From: an uncultured Muribaculaceae bacterium
GTDB taxonomy: Bacteria > Bacteroidota > Bacteroidia > Bacteroidales > Muribaculaceae
Assembly: GCA_905207535.1 (NCBI GenBank)
Contig: CAJLLX010000001.1
Coordinates: forward strand, 64,428-128,427
Direction of reading: 5' to 3'
DNA length: 64,000 bases
Shown here: positions 27,746-38,819 of the stretch, piece after piece
How the letters are laid out: every line of letters starts with the position of its first letter
Numbering within the stretch: the first letter of the stretch is position 1
Made by a program: the position numbers and the translations under genes
Notes under the pieces: model-generated
Told to the model about the DNA's origin: nothing
Seen by the model: the letters and a program-made list of their open reading frames with translations, nothing else
Databases searched by the model: none

Positions 27746-27919
27746 TTATTTCGATGCCTCGATGGAGTCTTTGCGGAACTGCTTCATCAGCTTCTCCAGC
27801 TCAAGAGTAGCCTTGCGGGCACGTGTGCCGGCTGCCTTGTTGCCATTTTCTACATGAGCTTTTGCTTCTTTCTCAAACTCCTGGAATGTTGCGGTGATTT
27901 TTTCTACTAATTCTTTCAT
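27746..27919 (-). CDS. Histone H1-like (Hc1 family) small protein, 57 aa, absent from the ORF track
   Basis: Hand translation gives MKELVEKITATFQEFEKEAKAHVENGNKAAGTRARKATLELEKLMKQFRKDSIEASK, with the GNKAAGTRARK motif. A -7 element (TATATTTG, minus strand) lies near 27993-28000. Confidence 0.9.
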   Translation of the reverse strand: MKELVEKITATFQEFEKEAKAHVENGNKAAGTRARKATLELEKLMKQFRKDSIEASK

Positions 27920-28258
27920 CGTAGAGGTAATTTAAGGGGTTAAAACGTGTGTAAATTATGTTTGTGTGGTAATGATACATTCATTACACCTGCAAATATA
28001 ATAAGGTTTTTTGAAATATCACGTTTTTTTTAGAAAAAATTCAAAAAATCCTTTTAAATCTGCTTTCCAACTTTTGATGCACCCCCGTTTTGAGCAAACT
28101 TTAGTGCCCTCAGGGGCGTTTTTCTATCATGAAGGAGCACTAATGAGCTCTTCGCTCTGTTGTACTGTTACGTTGCGTTTTGTAACTTTGCATTGCGTTT
28201 TCGCAAGCAGAGATACTTCGGAAGAGAGGGGATTGACTAAGTAAAAATCAAAAGCATC

Positions 28259-28861
28259 ATGTATATAGCATCGCAGAAAAGAAAAGAAAACATCGCCGAA
28301 TACATCCTTTATATGTGGCAGATCGAGGATCTTGTCCGCGCCAACGGATGCGACATCGACAAAATCAAGCAAAATGTCATCGCTCCATTCAATCTCCCGC
28401 CCGAGCAGGCTAAGGAGATGGAGGATTGGTACGAATCTCTCATCGACATGATGCGCACTGAAGGTGTCACCGAGAAGGGACATCTCCAGATCAACAAAAA
28501 TATGCTCAATCAGCTCGTGCAACTCCATCAGGCGCTCCTCGCCGACCCGGAATTTCCCGAATATTCCGCCGAGTTCTACCGCACTCTCCCCTACATCGTG
28601 GAGCTTCGAGGCAAGGCCGGCGACAACAAGGTGGGCGAGATCGAGACCTGCTTCACCGCTCTCTATGGCATGCTCTTGATGCGGCTGCAGAAGAAAGAAC
28701 TTACCGAAGCCACAGCCAACGCCATCCGCCAGATTTCGCGGTTTATCGCACTGCTCGCCAAGGATTTCCATCTCGACGAGAAGGACCAGCTTTTCAAGCA
28801 TAAAAACGACGACACTCCGGCTCCTGCGCCCGAATCGACACCCGGAATCACCACCCGCTGA
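28259..28861 (+). CDS. DUF4924 family protein
   Basis: N-terminus KRKENIAEYILYMWQIEDL; a -7 element at 28183-28190. Confidence 0.8.
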   Translation: MYIASQKRKENIAEYILYMWQIEDLVRANGCDIDKIKQNVIAPFNLPPEQAKEMEDWYESLIDMMRTEGVTEKGHLQINKNMLNQLVQLHQALLADPEFPEYSAEFYRTLPYIVELRGKAGDNKVGEIETCFTALYGMLLMRLQKKELTEATANAIRQISRFIALLAKDFHLDEKDQLFKHKNDDTPAPAPESTPGITTR

Positions 28862-29006
28862 CCTTTGCCAGGCTTTTACACTTCCGCTTCACATTGTCAT
28901 ATCATTTTTATTGCGTACCTTTGCACTACAAAACAGCGCCGGGAGTCTGCGCCATTGCTTACTCAGGTGAGCCGCATGCTTCCGGATGCAATTCATACGC
29001 TTGAAT

Positions 29007-29861
29007 ATGAAGATTTTAGTTACCGGAGCCAACGGACAGCTCGGATATGAACTTCGCCCGTTGCTCGATGCCCGCTTTACGGGTTCGGTGCTCTACACCG
29101 ATATCGAAGAGCTCGATCTTACCGATGCCAAAGCCGTAGAGGCTTATGTGGTCAACAACGACATCACCCATATCGTCAACTGTGCCGCATACACCGCCGT
29201 CGACCGTGCTGAGGAGGAAAAGATGGAGTGCACACGCATCAATTGCGACGCCGTAAAAAATATCGCCATGGCTGCCGATGCCAATGGCGCGAGAATCATA
29301 CATATTTCCACCGACTACGTGTTCGACGGCACCAACCACCGCCCCTACCGCGAGTCGGACAAGGTGAATCCCATCTCGCAGTATGGCACCACAAAGCGCA
29401 AGGGAGAGACTGCTCTGCTGGCCCTTTCGCCCGAGGCTATCATCATACGCACTGCCTGGCTATATTCTTCTCACGGCCACAATTTCCTCAAGACCATGCT
29501 CGCTAAGGCCGACACGGCATCGGAGATCAAGGTAGTGGCCGACCAGATCGGCACCCCCACCTATGCTCGCGACCTTGCTGCGGCTATTGTCCGCATCCTC
29601 CAGAGCCATCAGTGGGTGCCGGGTATCTACCACTTCACCGACGAGGGCGCCGCTTCGTGGTACGACTTTGCCAAAGCCATCTTCCGCATCGCCGGCAAGA
29701 AAAATGTCAAAGTCATCCCTATCCCCACCGAGGACTACCCCACCGCGGCAACCCGACCCAGCTACAGCCTGCTCGACAAGTCGCGCATCAAGGCCACCTA
29801 CGGAGTGGAGATACCACATTGGGAAGAAAGCCTCGCCGACTGCATCGCCGTGATGAAATAA
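29007..29861 (+). CDS. rfbD: dTDP-4-dehydrorhamnose reductase
   Basis: Motifs [29 protein letters not shown] and YGTTK. Confidence 0.96.
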   Translation: MKILVTGANGQLGYELRPLLDARFTGSVLYTDIEELDLTDAKAVEAYVVNNDITHIVNCAAYTAVDRAEEEKMECTRINCDAVKNIAMAADANGARIIHISTDYVFDGTNHRPYRESDKVNPISQYGTTKRKGETALLALSPEAIIIRTAWLYSSHGHNFLKTMLAKADTASEIKVVADQIGTPTYARDLAAAIVRILQSHQWVPGIYHFTDEGAASWYDFAKAIFRIAGKKNVKVIPIPTEDYPTAATRPSYSLLDKSRIKATYGVEIPHWEESLADCIAVMK

Positions 29862-29922
29862 GGCTTTCACCTCCTCCCGACTTGAAACGATTACTAACAA
29901 CTGTCACACATTTTCCAACGTC

Positions 29923-31503
29923 TTGGCTACACTTAACGAAGAAATAGAGCGCCGGCGCACTTTCGCCATCATCTCTCACCCTGATGCCGGCAAGACCACA
30001 CTTACCGAGAAACTGCTCCTTTTCGGAGGGGCCATCCATATCGCCGGAGCCGTAAAATCCAACAAGATTAAGAAGACGGCCACTTCCGACTGGATGGAGA
30101 TCGAAAAACAGCGCGGCATCTCCGTCGCCACCTCGGTCATGGGTTTCAATTACGGCGACTACAAAATCAATATCCTCGACACCCCTGGACACCAGGACTT
30201 TGCCGAGGACACTTACCGCACCCTCACGGCTGTCGATTCGGTTATCATCGTGGTCGACGTGGCCAAGGGCGTGGAGATGCAGACCCGCAAACTCATGGAG
30301 GTGTGCCGCATGCGCAATACTCCGGTAATCATTTTCGTCAACAAGCTCGACCGCGAAGGTCGCGACCCTTTCGACATCCTTGACGAGCTGGAATCGGAAC
30401 TCAAGATCGGAGTGCGTCCTCTCTCATGGCCTATCAATATCGGCGAGCGATTCAAAGGCGTTTACAATATCTACGAAAACACTCTGCAGCTCTTCCAGCC
30501 CGACAAACAGAAGGTCACCGAGCGCATTGAAATCACAGATATCAACGACAAACTCATCGACGAGGCTGTCGGAGAGGCAGATGCCACCAAACTTCGCGAA
30601 GATCTGGAGCTCATCTCGGGCGTTTACCCCGAATTTGATGTGCAGCCCTATCTCGACGGCAAACTGGCGCCGGTATTCTTCGGATCAGCCCTGAATACTT
30701 TCGGCGTCAAGGAGCTGCTCGACTGCTTCGTGAAGATTGCCCCCTCGCCGCGTCCCATCATGGCCGTGGAACGGGAGATCCGCCCCGAAGAGGAGGCTTT
30801 CTCGGGCTTCGTCTTCAAGATTCATGCCAACATGGACCCCAACCACCGCTCATGCATTGCCTTTGTCAAGGTATGCTCGGGCAAGTTCGAGCGCAATGTC
30901 AACTACCGCCACATCCGCTCGGGCAAGTTCATGCGTTTTGCCGCTCCTACAGCCTTCATGGCGCAGAAGAAGAGCATTGTCGACGAGGCTTACCCCGGCG
31001 ACATCGTCGGCATCCCCGACACGGGCAATTTTAAGATTGGCGACACTCTCACCTCCGGCGAGACCATCCATTTCAAGGGGCTCCCCTCTTTCTCGCCGGA
31101 GATGTTCAAATACATCGAGAACACCGACCCCATGAAGGCCAAGCAGCTCGACAAGGGTCTGCGCCAGCTCATGGACGAAGGTGTGGCACAGCTGTTCACC
31201 AACCAGTTCAACGGCCGCAAGATCGTCGGCACCGTCGGTCAACTGCAGTTTGAGGTCATCCAGTACCGTCTGCTCCATGAATATGGTGCACAATGCCGCT
31301 GGGAGCCGGTTTCGCTCTACAAAGCATGCTGGATAGAGAGCAAAAATCCCGAGGCGCTCGAGGCCTTCAAGAAGCGCAAGCATCAGTTTATCGCCACCGA
31401 CACCCAGGGACGCGATGTCTTCCTTGCCGACTCGGGCTATGTGCTGCAGATGGCTCAGAACGATTTCCCCGACATCATCTTCCACACCTCTTCGGAGTTT
31501 TGA
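29923..31503 (+). CDS. prfC: Peptide chain release factor 3
   Basis: Motifs [16 protein letters not shown] and [11 protein letters not shown] start. Confidence 0.98.
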   Translation: MATLNEEIERRRTFAIISHPDAGKTTLTEKLLLFGGAIHIAGAVKSNKIKKTATSDWMEIEKQRGISVATSVMGFNYGDYKINILDTPGHQDFAEDTYRTLTAVDSVIIVVDVAKGVEMQTRKLMEVCRMRNTPVIIFVNKLDREGRDPFDILDELESELKIGVRPLSWPINIGERFKGVYNIYENTLQLFQPDKQKVTERIEITDINDKLIDEAVGEADATKLREDLELISGVYPEFDVQPYLDGKLAPVFFGSALNTFGVKELLDCFVKIAPSPRPIMAVEREIRPEEEAFSGFVFKIHANMDPNHRSCIAFVKVCSGKFERNVNYRHIRSGKFMRFAAPTAFMAQKKSIVDEAYPGDIVGIPDTGNFKIGDTLTSGETIHFKGLPSFSPEMFKYIENTDPMKAKQLDKGLRQLMDEGVAQLFTNQFNGRKIVGTVGQLQFEVIQYRLLHEYGAQCRWEPVSLYKACWIESKNPEALEAFKKRKHQFIATDTQGRDVFLADSGYVLQMAQNDFPDIIFHTSSEF

Positions 31504-31541
31504 TTCTAAATATATGACCACGATAAAGCCCACTCAATACC

Positions 31542-32294
31542 GTGCTTGAAAAGACTGACTACATCTATGGCATACGCGCCATCATCGAGGCTGCCGAGGC
31601 CGGCCGCGAGATAGACAAAGTGCTCGTCAACCGCGACCTCCACGGCGATCTCGCACGCGAGCTCATGACTACGCTCAAAAATTACGGTATACTCGTTCAG
31701 AAAGTCCCTGTCGAGAAAATCGACCGTATCACCCGGCGTAACCATCAGGGCGCGCTGGCCATCCTCTCAGCCGTGGAGTACACTTCGCTCGCACAGGTGG
31801 TCCCCACCATCTACGAAGAGGGACGGTTGCCGTTTGTAGTGCTGCTCGACGGTGTCACCGACGTGCGCAATTTCGGCGCCATAGCGCGCACTTGTGAGTG
31901 CGCCGGGGTCGATGCCATCGTCATCCCCCGCCGAGGCGGTGTCGCAGCCACAGCCGATGCTATGAAGACCTCGGCCGGGGCGCTCAGCTATCTGCCTGTG
32001 TGCCGCGAGACTTCGATTCTCAATGCCGTAAAGTTTCTCCGCGATAACGGTTTCACCGTGTTTGCCGCCACTGAGAAAGCTTCGCTTGATTACACCGCGC
32101 CCGACTATGCCGAAAGTCCTGTTGCCATCGTCATGGGAGCCGAGGATATCGGCATCTCGGAGGATGTGCTCCGTTTCTGCGACACACATGTCGCCATCCC
32201 TCAGCTCGGCCACATAGGGTCGCTCAATGTCTCCGTAGCCGCCGGTGTGCTCATCTACGAGGTAGTGCGCCAGCGTCTCGCAGCCGACAAATAA
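31542..32294 (+). CDS. rlmB: 23S rRNA (G2251) 2'-O-methyltransferase
   Basis: SPOUT motifs NHQG, LDGVTDVRNFGAIAR and SLNVSVA. Confidence 0.92.
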   Translation: MLEKTDYIYGIRAIIEAAEAGREIDKVLVNRDLHGDLARELMTTLKNYGILVQKVPVEKIDRITRRNHQGALAILSAVEYTSLAQVVPTIYEEGRLPFVVLLDGVTDVRNFGAIARTCECAGVDAIVIPRRGGVAATADAMKTSAGALSYLPVCRETSILNAVKFLRDNGFTVFAATEKASLDYTAPDYAESPVAIVMGAEDIGISEDVLRFCDTHVAIPQLGHIGSLNVSVAAGVLIYEVVRQRLAADK

Positions 32295-32312
32295 TCTCCA
32301 AATAAGGATACA

Positions 32313-32364
32313 ACAAAGGCCGTAACCGCGCTTCGTTTAGTGAAGCAGCCGTTACGGCCTTTGT
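32313..32364. terminator. Hairpin between convergent rlmB and GH31 genes
   Basis: 14-bp arms ACAAAGGCCGTAAC / GTTACGGCCTTTGT. Confidence 0.65.
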
Positions 32365-32417
32365 GCTGCTTTGAGATCTAAGATTTGAAATCTAAGGCTT
32401 CTTTTGCCTTAATTTTG

Positions 32418-34706
32418 TCATTTATATTCCACGTTCACTACTCTCTCTTTCGAGCAGTCGGCGCTCGGGAGAGTTACCGTGGTGCAGCGGCTGTCGGCAT
32501 CATATTTCACGCTCAGCTGCTTCCCGTCGCATGTGGCGCTCACCGGTTCAGCTGTGTCGTAGATATGCATCACATACCCTCGGGTGGCCTTCATGCCGTC
32601 GTAGTTTCCTTTGCGTGCTCCGATAGTATACACGCCTTTGTTGCCGTCGAGTTTCTGGGTGAAGCGTGTGCGGGCAAATACCGTATCGTAGTCGTTGCTG
32701 TCGCCGGCATCCTCGTAGAGTTCGCCTTCACCTTCAGGTCCGCTTACGATGGTCAGTTCGAGCGTCTCGGGATGCTCCCAGGCATGCTTCACACCTGCCG
32801 GATTGCGCGGGATGATGGCTCCCCGGCGTATGAAGTAGGGTATTTCGTCAAGAGTGAAGTCGATGTCGTAGGTGCCCCCCTTGTATGCCTTGTTTTTGCA
32901 TACGAGCCACCACTCTCCCTCGGGGAGCCATATGTTTTTGTGACTTGTGCCAAAATTAGAGCGCTCTACGATGGGAGCCACGAGGATATCGTCGCCGAAA
33001 TAATACTCATTTTCGCGCTGATAGGCCTCATCGATCTCGGGATGCTCATAGTAAAGCGGACGCGCCATACCCACACCTGTGTCGTAGGTCTTGCGCGCCA
33101 TCGTGTAGATGTAGGGAATCAGCGAATAGCGGAGCTTGGCTGCGTCTCTGAACTGCGATGCATTGGGATATACCCACATGCGGCGCTCTATGCGCGAGTC
33201 TTTTGTGGCATGAGTGCGGAAGATGGGGCTGAAAACGCCAAACTGCACCCAGCGCAAGAAGCGCTCCTCGTCGTTGGGGTCGTCGTAAGGCACGCAATGT
33301 CCTCCAAGATCATGTCCCCAGTAGGCATAGCCCACATTCGATGCCGTAGCGGTGAAATAGGGCTGGAAAGCAAGTGTCGGGAAGTTGATATGCGTGTCGC
33401 CGGAGAATCCGATTTGATAGCGGTGACATCCCAGCCCGCCCCAGCGGTGGAATATTACCGGACGACGGTCTTTGCGCGAATTTTTCATCTCGTTGAAGAA
33501 CACATGGTTGCACCAGAATGTCTCGCCGAGCCCTTCTATATTGTTGTTGGTGAGATGCTGCTGCCAGTCGAGCCACCAGAAGTCCACTCCCTGCTTCTCG
33601 CGGGCGCGGATGATGTTCTTGAAGAATGTTTTGTAAAATTTGTGGTCGTCCAATGCCCAGGGCACAGTCTTCTTTTCAGCCGGATCCATCCCCATATCGG
33701 TAGCTATTTCGGCGTAGAAGTCTTCGTCGGCTCTCACGCCGTCGGCCGGGTGAAGGTTCAGAGCCGACCGCAGTCCGTAGGAGTGGATGTCCGACAGCAG
33801 CCCTTCGGGATCGGGGATAAGGTTGGTGTTCCAGCTCCATCCGGTCCAGCCGCCACGTCCGTCTGATACGGGTCGCCCGTTCCAGTGCCAGTCCATATCC
33901 AAGATAAGCACATCAGCAGGGAAATCGTTGTCTTTCAGCGCTTTCGCTATAGCTCTGAACTCATCTGCGCTATATTCGGCATATTGGCTGTACCAGTAGC
34001 CGAACACAAATTCAGGAGGCAGAGGTATCTTCCCTGCAATGCGGGTAAAGTCGTAAAGCGCACGCTTGTAGTCATGTCCGTAACCCATGAAATACACATC
34101 CATGGCATCCTCGTCGGCACGCTTTGCCACCCAGTCTACCCCATCGGCCTGAGGCTCAAAGGCGAAGGATCGCGACCCGTCACCTCTCTTCGCCGAGGGT
34201 GAATCGTCGATTATCGACCATCCCGAGCGCGACAGTATACCATCCTCCATCTCACGGCGCTTGTTGTCGCCGTTGCTGCCGTCGAGGGTGCGCGTCGTGC
34301 CCTTGAGGTTCTGCTCATCTTTCATGCCGGGCATCCAGGTGACGGGGGTGCCATTGAGACTCATAGTCACCACCAGGTTGGAGTCGGCTGGCTCGCCGGT
34401 GCGGGGATCTGTACCTTTGCGATATCTCAGCGACAGCTTGTCGGTGTCGATGTAGAGGTATTTCGCATCCTCTTTTTTCTTAAATTTCGGCGTCGGAAGG
34501 TCGCGGTTGATTACTGAAAAGGTGGCACGGTCCTCAAATACCCCTTTGGGGCTGTATTCGATGCGCACCATTTCGGGTGTAAGCACTGTGATGCGTGCAT
34601 TGCCCGATTCCACCACCGATTTTTTCCTTGCCACGGGGCTGTCAGCCATCGCCGAGAGGCAGGTTGCAGCCGCCACACACATGGCGATTGTCAGTTTTTT
34701 GGTCAT
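32418..34706 (-). CDS. Secreted glycoside hydrolase family 31 (alpha-glucosidase-type)
   Basis: Signal peptide; motifs ILDMDWH, WWLDWQQ, FSGDT and RTHA; C-terminal LYEDAG (DUF5110-like). Confidence 0.9.
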   Translation of the reverse strand: MTKKLTIAMCVAAATCLSAMADSPVARKKSVVESGNARITVLTPEMVRIEYSPKGVFEDRATFSVINRDLPTPKFKKKEDAKYLYIDTDKLSLRYRKGTDPRTGEPADSNLVVTMSLNGTPVTWMPGMKDEQNLKGTTRTLDGSNGDNKRREMEDGILSRSGWSIIDDSPSAKRGDGSRSFAFEPQADGVDWVAKRADEDAMDVYFMGYGHDYKRALYDFTRIAGKIPLPPEFVFGYWYSQYAEYSADEFRAIAKALKDNDFPADVLILDMDWHWNGRPVSDGRGGWTGWSWNTNLIPDPEGLLSDIHSYGLRSALNLHPADGVRADEDFYAEIATDMGMDPAEKKTVPWALDDHKFYKTFFKNIIRAREKQGVDFWWLDWQQHLTNNNIEGLGETFWCNHVFFNEMKNSRKDRRPVIFHRWGGLGCHRYQIGFSGDTHINFPTLAFQPYFTATASNVGYAYWGHDLGGHCVPYDDPNDEERFLRWVQFGVFSPIFRTHATKDSRIERRMWVYPNASQFRDAAKLRYSLIPYIYTMARKTYDTGVGMARPLYYEHPEIDEAYQRENEYYFGDDILVAPIVERSNFGTSHKNIWLPEGEWWLVCKNKAYKGGTYDIDFTLDEIPYFIRRGAIIPRNPAGVKHAWEHPETLELTIVSGPEGEGELYEDAGDSNDYDTVFARTRFTQKLDGNKGVYTIGARKGNYDGMKATRGYVMHIYDTAEPVSATCDGKQLSVKYDADSRCTTVTLPSADCSKERVVNVEYK

Positions 34707-34847
34707 GGTTATAGATATAATAATGATTGATTATATAGTTCGCCGAATCTATCGCAAAATAGCTCGCGATCTAAATTTATCATTGATATCAGGTATTTTG
34801 CCGATAATAGGTCGCTCAATTCTCCCCCTTCCCAATCCTCATCCCTG

Positions 34848-36518
34848 TCATTTCTGACCGCTTCCCCACAGGAGCGACCTCGCTGCGGCAAGGGCAGTCT
34901 CATCGACAGCCGAACCAGAAAGCATCAGCGCCAGCTCTCCCTCTCTTTCGGCAGTGGTAAGCTGCTTGATGCGTGTGATGGTGCGGTCGGCCGTATCCTC
35001 TTTATATACTTTGTAATGACTTGATCCTTTCGCTGCTACCTGAGGCAGGTGGGTGATAGCGAGCACCTGGATGTTGGCTGCGATCTGCTGCATCATCTCG
35101 CCCATCTTGTTGGCCACATCGCCGCTCACTCCGGTATCCACCTCGTCGAAGATAATAGATGGCAACTGCATCTTGTCGGCCACTATACTCTTGATAGAGA
35201 GCATAAGACGCGAGATCTCGCCGCCTGATGCGGTGTTGCCCACCGGCAGCAGAGGCTGATTTTTGTTGAATGAGAACAGAAATTCCACCTGATCGGTGCC
35301 CGTGACTGACAGTTCGGTGTCCTTCACGCTTATCTCGCAGCGTAAGTTCTTCATACCCAGCGGCACCGCGCGCTCTATCAACATCCCGGCAAACTTTTTA
35401 GCCTCGTCATGGCGTGCTTTCGAGAGTTCTGCAGCCAGTTCGAGGGCATGGCGTTTGGCCTGCTTGGCTTCGGCCTCAAGGGCGTGAAGTGTCTCATCTC
35501 CAATCTCTATACCGCGTAGACGGTCTTTCAGTTCATCGCGGTGGGCGATCAGAGCCTCCACAGTCTCGGCTTTGTAGCGTCGCTCGAGGTCGTAGATGGT
35601 GTTGAGGCGCTCTTCCACCTCGTCAAGGCGCCCGGGCTCGGCAGCCAGACTGCGGTCATAATCGGAAATGCTCTCTGCAATATCCTGAACTTCAACACGC
35701 AGTGCATTGAGACGTTCGCTGAGGCTTTCAGCCTCATCTATGAAGTCGGTGAGCTGAGATGTCTCGTCAGCGGCACGGCGGAGCAGTTGGTCTGCATTCT
35801 CCTCCCCCTCTGTGAGACAGGATGTTATCACTGTCAGGGCCGATTTTACCTCAGCCATATTCACCAGCAGCTCACGTTCATGCTCAAGTTCCTCCTGTTC
35901 GCCGGGTTGCAGCTTCGCATCGGCAAGTCGCTGATACTGAAAGCGCATGAACTCTTCGTCGTCTTTAGCCTGCTCTATCATACGCCGCTCCATTTTGTAG
36001 CGTTTAAGCGCCTGACGGTAAGCCCCGTAGGCTTCTGACATGTGCTGCAGCCGAGCATCGTTGCCGGCGAGCGAATCGAGCACCCGGAGCTGGTAGGGAG
36101 GCGAAGCGAGCAGCAGGTTCTGGTGCTGCGAGTGGATGTCTATAAGCGAGAGAGCCACCTGCTGGAGCATAGCAAGGTTCACCGGACAGTCGTTGACAAA
36201 CGCGCGCGAACGTCCGGCCGGAGTCATCTCCCTTCGCAGTATCATCGTGTCGTCGTCCCAGTCGATATCGTTCTCTTCACAGATGGCCTTGAGATTGTTG
36301 AATCCCCTGACGGTGAACGTGGCCTCGATTACCGACTTTTGGTCGTGATTTCTTATGGCTTTATTGTCGGCGCGGCCGCCAAGCAGCAGCGACAGCGCCC
36401 CGAGTATGATCGACTTGCCGGCACCGGTCTCACCGGTCACTATATTGAGACCATTGTGCAGATTGATGTCGATGGTATCAATAAGTGCGTAGTTGGAGAT
36501 ATGTAGACTCTGAATCAT
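34848..36518 (-). CDS. recN: DNA repair protein RecN
   Basis: Motifs TGETGAGKS, ASGGEISR, IFDEVDTG and ITHLPQVA. Confidence 0.97.
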   Translation of the reverse strand: MIQSLHISNYALIDTIDINLHNGLNIVTGETGAGKSIILGALSLLLGGRADNKAIRNHDQKSVIEATFTVRGFNNLKAICEENDIDWDDDTMILRREMTPAGRSRAFVNDCPVNLAMLQQVALSLIDIHSQHQNLLLASPPYQLRVLDSLAGNDARLQHMSEAYGAYRQALKRYKMERRMIEQAKDDEEFMRFQYQRLADAKLQPGEQEELEHERELLVNMAEVKSALTVITSCLTEGEENADQLLRRAADETSQLTDFIDEAESLSERLNALRVEVQDIAESISDYDRSLAAEPGRLDEVEERLNTIYDLERRYKAETVEALIAHRDELKDRLRGIEIGDETLHALEAEAKQAKRHALELAAELSKARHDEAKKFAGMLIERAVPLGMKNLRCEISVKDTELSVTGTDQVEFLFSFNKNQPLLPVGNTASGGEISRLMLSIKSIVADKMQLPSIIFDEVDTGVSGDVANKMGEMMQQIAANIQVLAITHLPQVAAKGSSHYKVYKEDTADRTITRIKQLTTAEREGELALMLSGSAVDETALAAARSLLWGSGQK

Positions 36519-36581
36519 TCCTTAATATGCTCATCCGAGGTGAGTGCTGCGGCGTTCCCCCGGTTATGGTTTCCGAATGTG

Positions 36582-37541
36582 TCACTGCTCTTTGGTGACG
36601 CCGTTCTTTATGAAGTTGATTCGCTTCATCTCGGTAGGATAAAGCGGTGTGAGTATTTCCACCACATGCTGACGCTCGTTTTGCGGCGCTTTGCTGTAGA
36701 TGTTGACTAGCTCGTCGAGTTTGGCGTCCTTAAACATCGACAGCGCCACCGACATGGCATCGGCATTGTAGACTGTCGTAAGGTTGTCGAGCGACGAGGT
36801 GATTGAAGCGCGACCCTTGTCGGGACTCTGAAACATCAGGTCGAGGCCGCCGCGGTGGTAGTCGTAGAGAAGTTTGCGCATCACTGAGGTCGACGGCCCG
36901 GTATATGCGTCGAGCACAGCCGAGCGGTTTTTCTTATCTTCGAAGGCTTTCCATCCGTTTTCACCCGACGACTGAGCCATCTGCACTATCATCTTCAACT
37001 GATCGAATGCAGCCTCTCCGCCGTTTGGAGCGAAAGAGTCGCGGTCGAGCGCTATGATCAGGTAGGCATAGAAGTTGAGGATGGCGGTGAGCTGGCTCTC
37101 CATGGTGTTGACGGTGAAGCGCAACGGCTCCCCCTCCTGATAGGCGAACTCCAGCTTGTTGTCCTTGAAATTGAGCAACGTTGTGGTGTAAGTGCTATTG
37201 TACACAGGGCGGGTCGACTGTACCTGCAGGTCGCCTTTCAGCACCCCGTCGGTATACTCCACTATGGTGAAAAACAGGCGGCAGTCTATCCGCTCGTTCG
37301 TGGCATACTGGTCGTTGGTGAAGTGGGTGGTGTTCATGTACTCCGTGATTGCTTCCTGCAATGTCTGGAATACACTGGTATTGGTGCCCTGCACCTGATC
37401 GGTGTTGACCGTCACCTCGCAGTTGAGCTCCTGGGCCGAAGCCGGCAAGGCGCACCACAGTAGCATCAACGCTGCGGCGCACAAGGCCATTTTCCCGGCT
37501 AAGCGACGTGCAATATTATGTATCAGTTCTCTTTTAAACAT
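36582..37541 (-). CDS. DUF4835 family (PorD-like) exported protein
   Basis: Signal peptide followed by AQELNCEVTVN; usual coaBC-DUF4835-recN order. Start uncertain. Confidence 0.8.
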   Translation of the reverse strand: MFKRELIHNIARRLAGKMALCAAALMLLWCALPASAQELNCEVTVNTDQVQGTNTSVFQTLQEAITEYMNTTHFTNDQYATNERIDCRLFFTIVEYTDGVLKGDLQVQSTRPVYNSTYTTTLLNFKDNKLEFAYQEGEPLRFTVNTMESQLTAILNFYAYLIIALDRDSFAPNGGEAAFDQLKMIVQMAQSSGENGWKAFEDKKNRSAVLDAYTGPSTSVMRKLLYDYHRGGLDLMFQSPDKGRASITSSLDNLTTVYNADAMSVALSMFKDAKLDELVNIYSKAPQNERQHVVEILTPLYPTEMKRINFIKNGVTKEQ

Positions 37542-38806
37542 TCGTATGAGGTTATGCAATCCCATATATCCGCGGCTACCGCTGCTTTGCTTTCCAGGGG
37601 GAAGTGGCGCTCGCTGCCATCGGCTCCGTACACCGTCACTTTGTTGGTGTCGGTGCCGAATCCGGCACCTTTATCCCGCAGAGAGTTGAGCACTATCAGG
37701 TCGAGATTTTTCCGCTCCATCTTTCCGCGGGCGTTGGCGTCCTCGTGGTCTGTCTCTAGCGCGAATCCTACCAATATCTGCCCCCGCCGTTTCTCGCGTC
37801 CGAGAGTCGCTGCGATGTCGGGATTTTTTACGAAGTGAAATTCCGGCGAGCCATTCTTTTCCCGTTTGATTTTGGTCTCCGAAGGGTTCTCCACACGGTA
37901 ATCGGCCACTGCGGCGCACATCACCGCCACATCTGAGTTGCCGAAATGCGTCTCGCAGGCGTCAAGCATCTCGAGAGCCGACTCCACATGCACTACTTTC
38001 ACCCCGGGCTCTTTAGGCCGTGATTCACAAGGACCGAGCACCAGCGTCACCTCCTCGGCGCCGCGTCGGGCAGCCTCATCGGCCAAGACTACTCCCATTT
38101 TTCCGGTGGAATAGTTGCTGATGAACCTCACAGGGTCGAGTCGCTCACGTGTGGGTCCGGCGGTGACAAGCACACGCTTCCCCTTCAGATTCGCTTCGCA
38201 CGGCTTACCGTCGGCTTCTGCCGAAGTATCGGGATTAAGTTCGTTTCCTTTGTTTTCTTCTTTTAAAAGAAACGTCGCCACCACATTGAATATTGCCTCA
38301 GGCTCCTCCATTCGACCTTTCCCTACGAGGTGAGAGGCGAGCTCCCCTTCGGCCGGTTCTATGATCCGGCATCCGTCGGCCCGCAGTGTGGCGATATTGC
38401 GCACGGTCGAGGGATGCTTCATCATGTCGAAATCCATCGCCGGAGCCACAAACACCTGCGCACGTGTGGAGAGATAGCTGGTGACAAGCATGTTGTCGGC
38501 TACCCCGTTGGCCATCTTGGCTATGGTACTGGCTGTGGCAGGAGCCACTACGAAGGCATCGGCCCACAGTCCGAGGTCCACGTGCGAGTGCCACTCGCCT
38601 GTATTGGCCGTGAAAAACTCCGAGATCACCGGCTTGCCGCTCAGCGTTGAGAGTGTCACCGGGGTGATAAACTCCTTGGCATTGGGCGTCATCACCACCT
38701 GCACCTCGGCGCCGGCCTTCACGAAAAGCCTCACCAGCGTAGCCGTCTTATAGGCCGCTATTCCGCCGGTGATACCCACCACCACATGTTTGCCTTTCAG
38801 ATCCAT
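37523..38806 (-). CDS. coaBC: Phosphopantothenoylcysteine decarboxylase / ligase
   Basis: Motifs GITGGIAAYK, APAM, TAGPTRERLDPVRFISNYSTGKMG and GFALET. Confidence 0.97.
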   Translation of the reverse strand: MDLKGKHVVVGITGGIAAYKTATLVRLFVKAGAEVQVVMTPNAKEFITPVTLSTLSGKPVISEFFTANTGEWHSHVDLGLWADAFVVAPATASTIAKMANGVADNMLVTSYLSTRAQVFVAPAMDFDMMKHPSTVRNIATLRADGCRIIEPAEGELASHLVGKGRMEEPEAIFNVVATFLLKEENKGNELNPDTSAEADGKPCEANLKGKRVLVTAGPTRERLDPVRFISNYSTGKMGVVLADEAARRGAEEVTLVLGPCESRPKEPGVKVVHVESALEMLDACETHFGNSDVAVMCAAVADYRVENPSETKIKREKNGSPEFHFVKNPDIAATLGREKRRGQILVGFALETDHEDANARGKMERKNLDLIVLNSLRDKGAGFGTDTNKVTVYGADGSERHFPLESKAAVAADIWDCITSYECLKEN

Positions 38807-38819
38807 ATGCCTTTGTAGA

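Noticed and set aside
32385..33866. 493-aa ORF on + strand opposite the GH31 gene
   Set aside because: Antisense shadow of a GC3-rich gene with no motifs.
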